From Tubiluchus corallicola (lineage: Eukaryota > Animalia > Priapulida): 64,000 nucleotides of DNA. The stretch's first letter is position 1; each line of letters starts with the position of its first letter. Where the stretch lies: the NCBI GenBank assembly GCA_030141605.1, contig JAQGDQ010000159.1, positions 124,001-188,000 of the forward strand. The letters run 5' to 3'. Both the position numbers and the translations under genes were made by a program. Below, in pieces: positions 1 through 42,100 of this stretch. The notes beneath the pieces were generated by a model. The model saw only the letters and a list, made by a program, of their open reading frames with translations. It searched no databases and had not been told where the DNA came from.

Positions 1-448
1 TAGACGTCTAGGGCATACTGCAGTAAATTGAAAGTCACTAACTTGTTAAACTCTCCCTAAATTGAATTATTCAGTATAGTATATGTGCTTTGGACTGTTG
101 GCTTGCATAGGACACGTTGACATACTATAAAATAAGATTGTGCATATTGGATATAGTGATGGCTGGTAGACAATGTTTAGTAAAGGACTGTGCTATTAGT
201 TAAATTGTCAATTATTCAAGTTTGTACTCATTGACTCTAAACTGTATAGGTATAATTACAGCTTGGTATTTAGACTGCTTTAGTTTATGGTATAATGTAG
301 GATTTTAATAACAGAAGCCTATTTATTTAAGTGAAAAAGTTAATGTTAGTTTAGCCCAGATGGCTTCAGAACTTAGCTTAGTCTACCTCACATTCAAATT
401 TTAACAATTTACATCTGTCTAGTTAAACTATTTTCTGGAATGATTTAG

Positions 449-3400
449 AATGGACATTGAAGAACAACTTGCAGAAGAGAAGAAGAACTTAGAAGCTATA
501 AAGAAAGAACAAGAAACATTACTAAAGAAACAAAGGAACATAGAAACAACTTTGAACCAAGCTGAAGTTGAACTAGAAGCTTTTCAGGTATCGCCATTGT
601 CCAAATTGTTTTCATAAACTTTTAACTTCCATGCAAAATGCTATAACGTTTGGCCATGTGTTTGGGTATTCATTTTGAAATTATGAATGGTAAAGCTTTC
701 TATTAAATCACAAAAAATATTTATACGTTATTAACTTTTCTTTAAATTTTCTACTGTTTTGTAACATATCTGCACAGATGAATCTTTGTCATGTTTACAT
801 TTTTTGGCATAACTTGAAAGTAAACTTAAAAAAGGGAAATTTTAATAAAACACATACGAAAACCGGCACTCTTTGGATGTGCATAATAATGACTACTTTT
901 AACTGTGGTTAAATTCTTTTGAATATACACAAACTAAAGCACATGTTATGTATGCTAATACTAACAGTGAATGCTACTTGCATTTGGGGGGGGGGGGGCT
1001 GACATTTGTATGTGTTCATATACTTGTTGGTTTAGTTTGAGAAGCAGCAGAGACTGAATGAACTTGACGTTGTGGTTACCCTAAAATTAGAACAGATTCA
1101 ACATGTTGTCCATGGTGCTCTGCCTGATGATTTGACTCCATGTATCGTGATTGGTAGTCCTATGCTGAAGCGCTTGCAACAACGCATTATAGAACTGCAG
1201 TATGAAAAAGCTGAGGAACGAATTAAATACAGGTTTGCAAATAATTTTTCAAGGAAATTGGTGACTGTAAATAGTTATTGGATTATTGGCCATTATAGGA
1301 ATTCAACCAGTCATTGATTGCAAAGTATGTTGTTGCATGTTATTGTAACTTGTATTTTGTTGCTCTTAAGCCTCTCTTAAGACACTCTTAAGCCTTATTT
1401 GTATTCCTTATGCAAGTATTTTGGCATTCAGCTTGAAAAATTATTGTATTTGGGAAAGCAAATATACCCTAATAAACACTCTTGCTAACACAGTCAAACA
1501 CTGGTGTATATTTTACATACTAGTTGTTACGCATGACAAAAAGTTGTAAATGTTAAACAAAGACATGTATATTGTGAATCAGTGGTGATCTGTTTTGCTA
1601 CTAGGGAGTTGAGAAAACGTCACATCAAATTAATGAAGGATCGCCGTCAAATGGCTGGACAGATCAGTGAACTGGACGAGAAGTGTAATGAGATAATGAT
1701 GTTGAAGTTTGGTCGCATTGTCGACTTCAATCAGCTGGAATCAGTTGGTATAAATGTGTACGTGTTGGAGTTGAAGGAGAAATTAAGAGCAAAAGAAATT
1801 ACAAATGCTGCACAGTTGAAGAAATACGAGGTAAATTAGTTGTTTTTATATTTTTTGCATCTTACTGCATATGAAATTACACTTCCTAAAGCAAATGTTG
1901 TTATTTTTATTACTTATGTGCTTTATTGCTCAAAGTTGATCCACACAGCCTATCGTCTATTGTTTAGCACTATGCTTGCTTAAACACTCTATGCCCTATG
2001 TGCAAAAACATTGTTTTAATCTTGTCAGTAAAAAATGTTAGTAAAATGTAAAACGGTATTTCTCAAATTGAACAGAAAAATAAAGAATGCATATAAAAGT
2101 GTTGTTAGAATCTTATAATCATTTATTATTGTGCAATTTTTTTGTAATTTTTTCTTACTTATGTTTGTTTTAGTTTTTGTCAGTTATTGATGCAGAATTA
2201 GATTTTGTTGATTTTCTCTGTTGTCGCTGTTTACTGATGTTTGTGGATAGCGATGGATTTATGATTAATGTTAAATAAAATCAGTTTAATATTTTCTGCA
2301 GTCAGCATGGGCGAGTGTGTACTTGAAATATGTTAATCAGACTAATGAGAAACTATATATCACTATTATAAAATTTTAAATAACTAAGACAACTTAAAAT
2401 TAAAACTTAGTTATTATGTTACAATTATGTATTAGTAATCTAATTCATCTCTGTGCATGTTTGCTGTTAATTTTAAAGTTGGGAGGGAACATATCTTATT
2501 CCTTGTTATTCATTTCTTGTAGACTGAAGTGTCTGGTTGGAAAGAGAAGCTGTTAATGAAAACCAGAGAAAACACAAAGCTTTTAGACTGCTACATGACT
2601 CTATTAAATGAAGAAAGAGCAAATGAAGAGAAACTGGACGATGATCAAGTCGACATAGTGAGTGTGATTTATGGCATTTCAGTGGTGTTACATGTATTTG
2701 AAATAATGTGTCATAGCATAATATTATTGTTCCATGTTAGAAGTAATTTGGCAGGTGCAAATGGTATTTTTTTTATTGCATTTGAGAGGTTGTTTGGTCT
2801 GTGTGACCTTGCAAGTTTACACTTGCAAATAGTAATGCTTTCAATAACTGCATACCAGGGCAGTACAATTTTGTTGCTTCGCAGCAACAAATTCAAACAT
2901 TTGGTCCTGTAAAAGTTGAACACTCTCTTCCATTTAGTACTCTTTTTCACATTCTTTCTAAATAATTTTACACATTATTATAACAGTCAGTCATGATACA
3001 AGAATGCCTAATTTTAGAAACAAACTTGACAAATAACATTGGTCATTCATGAAACCATGTACAGGTAATAATAATAATAATAGCCAATGACAAATTTAAA
3101 TGGCAGTATATCTACTGTTTTGTAATCTTTCTAAATACTCCTTTAATAGCAAGCAAAAAGTGATGGAAACGGGGCACCATTCAGACTGCCAGGTGTCCCG
3201 ACATAACACGATGGTCATTCAGAGTTGTCATTCATGAGTGTTATTCATCCTCTAGAGTCTAGACTATCATACTTTCCCAATAGGAAACAGTCGGCAAACA
3301 AAGCAGTGGTGACATGCAAAAAATTTGAGACTCTTATTGGTTAAATGTCATGAAGAAAAAGCCATCGAGAAAGCGTGTCTCTCAGTCAGCATCATGTGAA

Positions 3401-4558
3401 ACTATCCTTTAGACATGTTTAGACTATACCTTTTGTGTATCACTCATTCATGACAAATCGTCGCGGATGCCCAGTAAACTAGACGGGGTTCTGTGCCTTC
3501 CTTTTTTTCCTGTATTTAAAGAATAAACCCTAAATATGCCAACACTGTGTTGTTAATGCGGTATAAGTGCTTTTAGGTGAAGTTCTACACTGATGTTATT
3601 GTAAAGTACTGAAACATTGTTCCTCAAATACAGTATATTCCTACCATTGACTGAAACTTAATTAAATAAATAAAAACATTGTATCATCATCATTATTATT
3701 ATTATTAGTGTACCACGTTATGCAAATTAAGTATCCAGAAAAGGCACTAGCTATAGCCCCTTGTCTTAACGATGTATAGATCATATAGATGCAATGATTT
3801 GTGGCTCATATAGATGTAATTTAATAATGCAGATCCCTCTCAATTGCACAAGAGTAGTGAACATGTGAACAAAAGTTTTTTATCTCAAGGTGTTGAAAAT
3901 ACTACTTGTGCAATGTGTATTTTCCTCTTCCAAAATCCAAGTGAAAGATTCAAGAATAGTTGTATTTCTCATGTATTGTTTGACATGCAAAACACAAAAA
4001 CTGTAACTGTTTTCAGTTTTTCCTAAACCCTTGATTTAAATTTGTCTTAGAGTTTGGAGTTGTAATCTTAAAATCTTTAAATGTGTGTCGAAAAATTGTT
4101 AGTCTGGAGATCTTGTATGTTAATGTAACTCAATTTCTGTAGATAATTTAATTGTTGCTTGAATCATTTTTTATGATTTAAATTATTAAATAAACTAATA
4201 TATTCTAAAGAATGTGGTGCTGTCACCTTTTAAATCTCAGATTTTGGGAAACTCCACAGCATTTCCTATATCGTTTAGTGTACTTTAAGCTACAATATTC
4301 TGATACATGCGTACCTGATGGCAAAGTTGCATGGGAATTTTTTTGTCTTTACAGAGAATTAATCCAGAAGAAGTTTCTGACGAGATTGAACAAGACAAAG
4401 AGCACTTGATGAAGTTGCTAACATTCCAGAATGCTCAGTTAGAGGCGCTTCAACGGGAAAGTCAAGTTCTGACCAGTAAAACTGCTTCATTGTATGCATA
4501 TACTGCTGGTGTTAATGGTGATATGCCTACTTGTGCCGAGTGTGATAGAGTGGCTTAA
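449..4558 (+). CDS. CFAP44: Cilia- and flagella-associated protein 44 (WDR52), last 5 coding exons; the 5' part of the gene lies outside the window
   Basis: GT-AG exons 449-587, 1036-1232, 1605-1830, 2523-2657 and 4355-4558 (stop) join in frame. They give MDIEEQLAEEKK...LEAFQ/[33 protein letters not shown]...MMLKFGRIVD...LLMKTRENTKLL. This matches the recalled C-terminal coiled-coil of vertebrate CFAP44 ([47 protein letters not shown]). The terminal exon is less certain. Confidence 0.9.
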
Positions 4559-7500
4559 TGTATGCTTGAAATATGATTATATTAGTGTGAAAGTTTTTTG
4601 TACTTTTCCTGTTTATATTTTGTATAGTGTTTTATCTGAAAATAACCTCTCTTTCTTATTGTTACCAAAAACATCAAAATATGCCATAGCAGGTAGTTGA
4701 AACAGTAGGCCTAGTGTATCTCTTTTAATGACAGTGACATATTACCGAGTCGATTTCCGTCACCACTTCTAAAATGCATGAGAGGCATCATTATGCTGGT
4801 GTTGCTTTCTGCTATTGGTCCTTCTGCAACTAAAAATAGATATTTGTGTATTCATCTGTCTTTCCAAGTGTTTTGCATTACGCATTGAAGTGAAGCCAGT
4901 CGAGCTTGACAGATCATTACTGCTAGTACGAAAAAGGTAACTGCGGCACGTTTGACTTTGACTTTGAACATCGCTTGAATATGTTTAGTTTGCTTTATGT
5001 TGCTTGTGTTTTCTGATAACTGTATATAATAATAATATAAATTGCGTTTTAAGCATTTAGTTTCTGGTTACATGTACTATTATTGTTAATTTTATTGCAC
5101 AAAAAGGATTCGTATGTTTCACTGCGCCAGCCAAAATATGTGATATTTTCGAGTATATTAAATACATTTTTAATGTGCACCTTAAGTACCCCATAGTGAA
5201 CTTTTATTAGTTGTTGTGAAATAAATATTGTTATGAATTGTTATGATTGTTTCAGTATTGTGTTTGAAACTGATCTGTTTATCTCAGCTAACTAGAAATC
5301 GAAACCACACCTACAGTGAAACACAAGGAACGAGAAGTGTTTCTGTTTAAGTGGTAATCTGAATAACCTATCTTTTCTGCCAAAATCTGTCTATATATCT
5401 ATACCTCAACAAGTTTCAGTGTGAGGTAAATCCTATTACATAATGCTATGCTAACAGTGCCATATTTATTTTCTTTAAGCGTGCAGCCTAGTCTGCATGC
5501 CATTTTGTTTAAGTGCATTCAATACGGTAAAGAGACTTGCTCATTTATCCAGAGGCCTGCTAGTGTTGCAAACTTGGCACACATTTTGTGCTATATCTAA
5601 CGGTGTACAATTTGTTATCAACAAAGCTTAATTTTGAATTTGTATACAAATGTTTATATCAATTCATGCAGTGTCATGTAGATTGTTTTCTTCAAAAGAC
5701 TAAGTTTTCTCAAAACAGTTTTCAGACTGACCTTCAAGATTGGCCAGAATTCATGGATTTATCAACTATTATAACACTATGATCAAAACCGGTATAATTG
5801 GCCAAAAAACATTTTTATTTTGCAACTTTCCTCATTGTTAGCAAGTTTTAAAAACAAACAGAAACAACAAAACTTACACTTCTTACACTTAGATCTTTAT
5901 TTTTTATACTTTACATTGGTGTAGACATAACAACAGTAGCTGAAGCAATTCTAGGCAAATGGTCTGAACAATGTGTTTAAAAAATGGGAAAAAAATTTCA
6001 AGTACGCCATTAAGATGCTGGTCCATGGAATGTCCTAATTTCTCAGAACTCATAAATATTTGAACTATTTAGGTATTGCAGCGCACATAGTGTCTGCATT
6101 TATAAATGAAAATTCACAAAACATTCAAATAAATGTAATAAATACCACTTCATCACAGCCTTGATCCTAACATGATTTTTTTAAATAATTCAGTAAAGCG
6201 CAAGCTACATTTTTTCTTCACAACATTTAATTGCTTTTTAAAATAATCTAGAGCACATTAACACCCAACAGATTTTAGATTAACTAATTGCATTTTGATT
6301 AATGCAGTTAAAATAACAACAAATAGTAAATTCCGAATTTGTTTACAAGAAATTCACCTCTGCTGGTTCAGTGTCACATCTCATAACAAATTATGTTCTG
6401 GTCTTGCCACAACAATCCAGCACTTAGCAGATGCCGTGATTGATTGCTGAATTCCAGATTGCAGTATGTGCGTGCCAGTATAATAAAAAGTACAGTAATA
6501 GCATTAACTCGCAAACTTTCACCAATATTTATCAGCTTTAAGGTTTCTAAAGTAAAATAAATAAAAAAAAATGCATTGAAACAGTTACCTTGATTTGCTT
6601 TGAATAATAACTGAAATTATTTCATTTCGATAACTCATTAATTTCTAAGTATTTAAGATTTGCAAATTTTAAATTTAGAGGTCTAGATCATCTTGACCAA
6701 TTGCATAAAGGGTTACATAAAAGGTAATTAAAGTTACGGTACTGTAACTGAGTGATAACAGAGCAGAATGCTTCGGAATTTGTGTCAAATCAAATACCAG
6801 TTGAAATACCACAAACATTAACTAATCTACAATTCACATAAGAACAAATAATTTTGAAACGTAAATTGCTGAAATAAATAAATAAACCTACATGAGAATC
6901 GACCCATTGGACACAATTTTGACAAAAATTTTGCAAGAAAACCATATCTACAAGTCTAACAAGTTAACTTTTTATGAAAATATAGCAGAGACTTCTTCAC
7001 GCACCGGTTTAATTATTAAATAACATAAACAAAGATAAGATAAAAACTATGGAATTTCAAGTAAGTAACAAAATAATCATAAAGCAAGTATAACAACACT
7101 CAAGTTTTTAAATTCAAACTTGGGCAAAATTACAGATGTGTAAGTAAAAAATGTATGACAGAAGTTCGTACAAAATGGGCTAATTAAGATCTTTCAGTTT
7201 ATAAGCTGTTTGAACATAGAAAAGATACGGCACATGAAATCTGTTAAATTAGTGTGTTAGGACATCACAAAATATATGACATCATAAAGATAGGTTTAAA
7301 GATTACAACATAGTCATACTTGGACATTTTAGTTGAAATTTAGCTGTATTTAAACCTGCTTAGAATTTAAACTGCACCTAGACAGTAGACAGGTCTCCCA
7401 AGCACATTTTGTTTACTCTCAAAATTTTTATTGTTATTATGAGGCTAAGTTCATGCCAGTACTGTAAAAGCTAACAATATCTACTATCAAATTCCAAAGC

Positions 7501-7774
7501 CAGAAAACTAAAATCATTGAAACGAAATGAAGGTAATCTTTTTAATCTGTCTAAATTGCTGAGTGGCAGAAATCATTTGGTACAGATGCATTTGAACAAG
7601 TTTGCAAGGCGCTGGTCATATGACTTAATGATATATCTTAAAATAAAAAGGTTTTCCATGCATCCCATAATTCCTTCTAATTTAATTCAACACTTAGCAA
7701 ATATCTAGCAACTCCTATTGAAACAAGCCTATAAAATAATTTTGAAACAAAATAAATGTGGGGACACCTAGCAT

Positions 7775-35839
<28,065 letters not shown>

Positions 35840-36214
35840 TCATTAGTAAACAAAGTTAGTCCCCGATTATTGACGGCACAGCAGTTTCTATTAGTACAAC
35901 GTTTTTACATATTGTCAATCTTTGCGAGAAGTTCGTGATAAGCAAAGATATTTAACGTTTATTGATGCTGAACTAGAACATTACGGAAACAAGTAAGAAG
36001 ATGTCTGCATTAGAGGTTTTTCGTGTTTTATTATATTTTAAAGATTTTAATAAATGTTGTTTCTTTAAATAATACCAAAATTAATTATTTTTGCTATTTT
36101 ATCATTTTAAATTTCTTTAAATATAGTTGTACTATGCAGTCAACGATACACAATTTAAAGAGCATTATGGTTCTTGACATACATAGCATTATAGAATACA
36201 AATTCTAGTATTGT

Positions 36215-36560
36215 GTAAATATTAAGGTTTTTGAGCACAATAGACTTTCAGTTGAAACCAAAGCCAAGTTAGTTGAACCTGTATTTTTGTACAATGCTGA
36301 GCTGTGGACAACAAATTTAAAGCTAAACAGCAGAAGGAAATTGATATTCTTCAAAGGCTTCTCTATAGATAATGGTTAAGAGTTAAATGACCCTAGAGAA
36401 TATGCAATGATGATCTGTATGATGTGATGAGAAATAACACATGAAACAAACAAATCCAAGTAAAAAAACAGTATTGTATTGGGCACACACTAAGACTACC
36501 AAAGAATCTTGTCATTTTATACCACTGTGTAAATCTCTTGAAAGGACAAAAAAGGAATCA
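36215..36560 (+). mobile_element. Decayed 3' fragment of an RTE-clade LINE ORF
   Basis: Broken translation KLVEPVFLYNAELWT...EIDILQR...RVK*P*RICNDDLYD...IGHTLRLP follows the RTE C-terminal pattern LLYGxExW...IxWxDxIxNxxLY...GHxLR. Boundaries are approximate. Confidence 0.7.
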
Positions 36561-36843
36561 GTTACTAACGTATATGGTATTAAGCATAACATAACATAAC
36601 ATAGTACTAACATAATGCCACATACTGCAGTATAGATACACTGCAATATGTGGCAAGATTTAGCAAATACAAATAGAAATTTAGGTTAACTTAGAGGCAT
36701 GATGCGTCGTGGTTGGTGGTGTTGGATATAAAGGTGCTTGGTATCAAAAGGTAGAGCATGTCGTGTCTTAGAATGTAAAGGCACTGAAACGACGCAGTTG
36801 ATGACAGATTACTGGAAATTAAAGCTAACTGGTCACTAATAAT

Positions 36844-37164
36844 TAGGGGTGAGCATTCTCTACCAAAAAGCGAGTTCGAATCAAACCGAACTTCAATATT
36901 TCTAATGTGAATCGAATTCCAATTGAAATTGAAAGATTTTCGAACCAGCAGTAAAATTACTTAAATTAGTCGTACAAAGATCACGCACATTACTCGATTT
37001 TGTCCTGCAGCAAAATTATTAATAATTTGTTTAAAATTGTGCACAGAAATCACAGCTAAATTATATTGCATAAATGTGTTGTAATGATAAAGAACGTATG
37101 CGATAGAAGTGCTGAATTATTCGAATCTATAGTTTTATGTTGGAACATTCAATGCTCACCCCTA
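36844..37164. mobile_element. hAT-type MITE (321 bp) in the ANKFY1/KIFC1 intergenic spacer
   Basis: Perfect 14-bp TIR TAGGGGTGAGCATT / AATGCTCACCCCTA. 8-bp TSD CTAATAAT (36836-36843) / CTAGTAAT (37165-37172), 7 of 8 identical. Subterminal TCGAA repeats. Confidence 0.88.
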
Positions 37165-37199
37165 CTAGTAATCGTTACTAAATTTTGACTTCAGAATTA

Positions 37200-37430
37200 A
37201 ATTGTTTCCGCGTTTGCAATGAGTGCGTCGTCGAGGATTTGCCATAAACTTATTCGATGCGTGGCCTTTGTTAAATGAAATGCAATGTTTTCCGCCACAT
37301 CAAAAACAACCAATCAGCGTTGCGGCGGTTTAATCAAAAAATTATTTTCTTGATACTTTTTTGTGTATTATATTTAATTTTCTTCAACATTTGTTCTTTT
37401 TCGACTTGGCCTAATCATAGAGAGGTAAAG
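37200..37430 (+). promoter_or_regulatory. Putative KIFC1 promoter and non-coding first exon
   Basis: CpG-enriched patch with AACCAATCAG (CCAAT at 37310), E2F-like TTTCCGCG and TTTCCGCC, and GGCGG. Candidate donor GAG|GTAAAG at 37424; acceptor TTTTTTCAG at 39151, just before the ATG. Confidence 0.5.
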
Positions 37431-39069
37431 TTTAATAAAATGGTTGGCACGTCTGTGGATGTGTTTCCTGAACATTAATTAACAAAGATTTCTTTTATTT
37501 TAACATTAAAGGTTAATATTAATACAAATTAACGTAGAAGTACTAGAACGTTATGTACGGTTATACCCTAATATTAAATCTAGCTTTGTAATAGTAATAG
37601 TGAATTTATTGTTCTTCATAAAGTTAATTCAGTAGTTAAGATGTTAGTGGGTATCATACAAATAAATATGAGTAGTGGTGACGAAAGACCATACGTTGAC
37701 CCAGTCAGTCACTTCTAATTAGATGTTGTGCTAGTGGCAATTAATCAAAGTAATAATTACATTAATTCAATAAAAACACAAACATGCCTTTGATTTGACA
37801 GATACATATATTAAGTTTTTGTTAATGTTATGATTTCTCTACTTGTGATGCAAGTCTAAAATTTTGGTATCCTTTGTAACTTGGTATAATTACAAGTCAG
37901 CTTGAACCAGCTAGACTAAAGCCTTTTTTAAACAACATGACTTGCAAAATAATAATTTACCCTAAAAGCCGGTCATAGGTTTTTCTGTTCTCATTGCTCA
38001 CCTTGTACAAACTACAAATGGGCCTGATCTGTGTTACTGACATATCTTTAGTTCAAGTTGATAGATTAATAATTAGTTACAATAATTGAATAAAGCTAAT
38101 TTGATAATGACAATTGCTTCAAAATAGGTTACATATATGTAGGCAAACCCAATTTTCCATCTGCGTTGCAACTATTTCTTGCAAGGATTTTTAGTTGGGG
38201 CCGGACCGAATCCTTTGCAGAGCAATGTTGTTATATAATTATATACAGGGTTGATTTAAATTATTTTTTCATTTTTACATAGCCATAACAAGACTGACAA
38301 AGTTTATTCAGTGTCTAGATTTTGAAAAGAATTTGCATTAGCGTTATCATATTTTTGTGTTTTATGTACTGTACTAACTTTGCGTTATACAATTTATACT
38401 TTGCTAGAGCGAGAGACTGACGGTAACACACTCCAACTACCGCTGGTCTTGAATTTCGTTTTTCAGCTTGGACTTCCGGACTGTTAGGCACTGCATAAAG
38501 CTTATAACTATTGATCTGTCATCATTTGCAGTTAAAGTTAATCTGCCTTGAATACAATTATATAAACTGTAAAGGTATTACAGACAAGCTGTACAATGAT
38601 GTGATACTGAGGTAGCTGTATGCTGACATTAGACTATTTTTATCACTAAAAACAAAAAAAACTGGCAAATTAGACAATACATTGTAGGAAAATTTATAAA
38701 GCTATCTAAACTTCACAATTTTATAAACATTACTTTTCTTTGAATTGTAATTGTGTTATGCAAATTGATGTGTTTTATTTTTAAAAATTGACATTATTAG
38801 TTAACTATTATTTATACTGTTTTATCATCCAAGTAGTGAGGGTAGTTTGCTATTTGCTGCCTGGAAATTCGGCAAGGTAGTTCATATGCTAATTATTGAA
38901 GTAACTATTTGTGTTCATTGCATATTAAACTACATGTATAATAAGATCTATATTCACATGTAACCTGCAATTTGTTTATTAGTATATTAACATGCCAAGT
39001 ACTAAAAGATTGTTTTTACACTGTACTTTATACATTAATAAATTATTTATTTATTGCATGAAAATTTAC

Positions 39070-39101
<32 letters not shown>

Positions 39102-39162
39102 ATTTTAAGTCTTAGTATATATTATATATTAAATCCTAGTAATTTTTTCAGGGGTTAGCAGT

Positions 39163-42100
39163 ATGTCTCGCCTGCCAACGCCTAGCCGATTAAGACAGCC
39201 ATCCGCTGGATTGAAAACAAATTTGCCATGTTTATCAGTGGGGAATAAACGTCCTTTGTCTGTAATAAATGAAGTACGATGTTAACATTAATTTATGTTG
39301 CATCAATGTCATTTGTATTTCTAGAAATTTGTTGTACTGTCAGTGCTTTGCAGCTTATTACGGTTTCGTCGCGATATTTTAAGTATTTATCGTTATACTT
39401 CCAATGAGTTCTAATTGAGAGTAAGAATTTGTAATAAGTAAGTTATAATTTGCCTGATTATATAAATTCTGAAGTTTTAGCTTCTAACAGTACTTACAGA
39501 AATTTTATGGTCCTAGGATTCTGTGTAAGCTCTGTACATAGAGCTCTATATTTTTTGTTTGTAGATTTGACATTTGGGTCTATGTAAATGTGACATATAA
39601 TCGAAAATTTATGTAAACGTTTCAGTGATGTTAGTCTTAATTAATATTAGTGCCTGGTGATAAGTAAAAGAAGAAAATAAAATTTGTGTTTTATAATGAT
39701 ACATTTATTATGTGAGTTAGAAATTTGTTTTTCAAACTTTATCTTTAACCTTAGACTTATGAATCATAATAATCATAATCTTTTTTCTTTATCTTGCAAC
39801 ACACGCACAGTTATAATACAATTAATTTGGAAAAAAAAGTGAAGAAAGGGCAGTGAAAGACCTATGATTTATTGTTTGTTTTAGAATAATGTAATTCAAG
39901 CACCTACAGCAAAGCAAAGCAAGCCTGAGCCAAAGAAAACGTTTTCCAATGTGAAAACGTCTTCAAGACGAAAATCTGTTGGTGGAAGTAAGCTGAAACA
40001 AGCTCCAATGGGTAGGGCTGCATCTGGTCGTAGAGCAAATGGTAGATTTACACTCTTTTACTGGATTTTAGCTTAAGATTATACAATTACGTATGTATAG
40101 TTGCAAATTGCATGATTTGATTTTCGCTAAATTAAATAAGTTATTACCTCTTAAATTCTCTAAGTTGGTTTAAATGAACTTGGCATCTTTGTTTTTTATA
40201 CGTACACAAAATTCGAAAAGTGTAATGAAAGGTTACATTTGAGCTAGCTGAAGTCCTCAGAATCTCACAATATTTTGTAGAGCTGTGATTTTACAGACAA
40301 CGTAATCTATTCACGTTGTAACAACTTGCCTTATTACAACTTGTCTCTATTTTCCATAGTTAATGCCACGAAGCTCAGTGTTAGCACTGATTCTAAAAGC
40401 TCTGCTGCAAAGCGAACAAATGACTTGTCGAGTAGGTTTGGAGGTATGTATGACTTTCCCAGTGTGCTCCCAATTTATGAAATTTAAATTTTTTTCCATA
40501 CAGTTAACATTGTTTATTATTTTTTACTGCTTGTGCTAAATATATGATGATATATAACTTGTCATAAGCACCCAAATACTTTTATGCTTAGAAGTTGTAA
40601 AGATTTAATGACATATATAAAATTTATAAAACTAAGTATTTGACAAACGGACGAACAGGTTTAAGCTTTCGATGAGCAGTCCACTATTAAATTTAACAAA
40701 AGCAGCTAGATGTACACCTTTCGTCAGAATATGAAGCAAAATCTGTTTTAACTGTACTACATTTTGATAATAAAACTACAGTAGGTTTATTGCTTTTATA
40801 AAAGAGTGTTCTATTTTGTACTTCTTAGCTGCTGGCAGTGCAGTGTCCAAGTCTAAGCGTCCAGCATGGGATACGAAAGGTCGTTTGATGGACGTAGAAG
40901 CCTTGTTGGCCGAAAACTTGACAACAAACAATTGCTTACAGGTTTGGAAATAAATTTCCATAGATTTCCTGATTATTTTTGATAGTGATGTATTAAATTG
41001 ATGATGTTGGCATATAGTTGGCAACTCTAGTTGAAGATAGTCATCCAGATAAATGTAATTTCATCAAAGTCCCATGTTTTATTGCCTGCTAAATAAGCTA
41101 ACATGTTATCTTGTCAGATATGTACATTAAAGTAAAAGCCCAACCTCACCATTGTTTTTTCACAAAATTTAAGGAACATGTTCTAAAATGATATTTCGCT
41201 CAGTTTTGCGGAAACACACTATGGAAACAAAACTGAGGAAGTAAGTACACGATTTTACCTTTGTGCTAATTATTTTCCGAAGCTTACCACGCACTTTTCT
41301 GGTCACGCGGTCGTTGAATGCTGATCTCACTAGTAAATTTGGCAATCTGTTTAGTAATCTATTGAGGGTGGACTGGCCCATTTGAACTTTTTCAGTGTAG
41401 GTCCTGTTACTGAAAAAAATATAATCTCCTGAAAATTTGTCACATTTTTTGTAAAAAGACAGGTTTCAATGATGTATTGGTCTACACTGAAGCACAGTTA
41501 AATTCGGCTATACTATGCAGCATGCAGACTCATTGAAATACACCATGTAGTCGTTAGCGCGGTACTACCAAAATAGGTTATAGTAAATGAGTCATAGTCA
41601 AAGGGGTGACTTTTCTTAAAATAGATAACTTGTGCTTTTTAAAAGAGTTATTTTAAACAGAAAATTTTCTCTTTTAGTTCGCTTATTCACTAATAAACAA
41701 TTTTAGGTAGTTAAAGAAACCAGAGTTTTGTTAACGTTGTTCTCATATATTTGTGCTGCCCCTCCTGCTAACACCCCTATTCAAAAATAGTTTACTAGTC
41801 TTTCTGCTGGGTGTTTAAATACAAAATTGCAAGGGAAAAAAGAAGCTGGTGTGTGTGGAGAGAGTAAATTTAAAGTTCATATGAAATGTAGTCTGTTTAA
41901 AATATAAACTTGGAAGTGTATAGTAGGAAGATTAGTTTCTCTTACATTTCGTGTGCTTAGTTCTAGGTTAATTGGTTTTTAGTTATTTAATGTTGTAGTG
42001 GTTTTTGGAATTATTTTTCGCAGGAACGTTTGCTTGCATTAGAAAATCAGAATAACATGTTGGAAGGTACAGTAAAACAAAAGGAAATTGTTTCCACGGA

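Noticed and set aside
986-998. G13 homopolymer near a CFAP44 acceptor
   Set aside because: A simple homopolymer with unreliable length and no supporting context.
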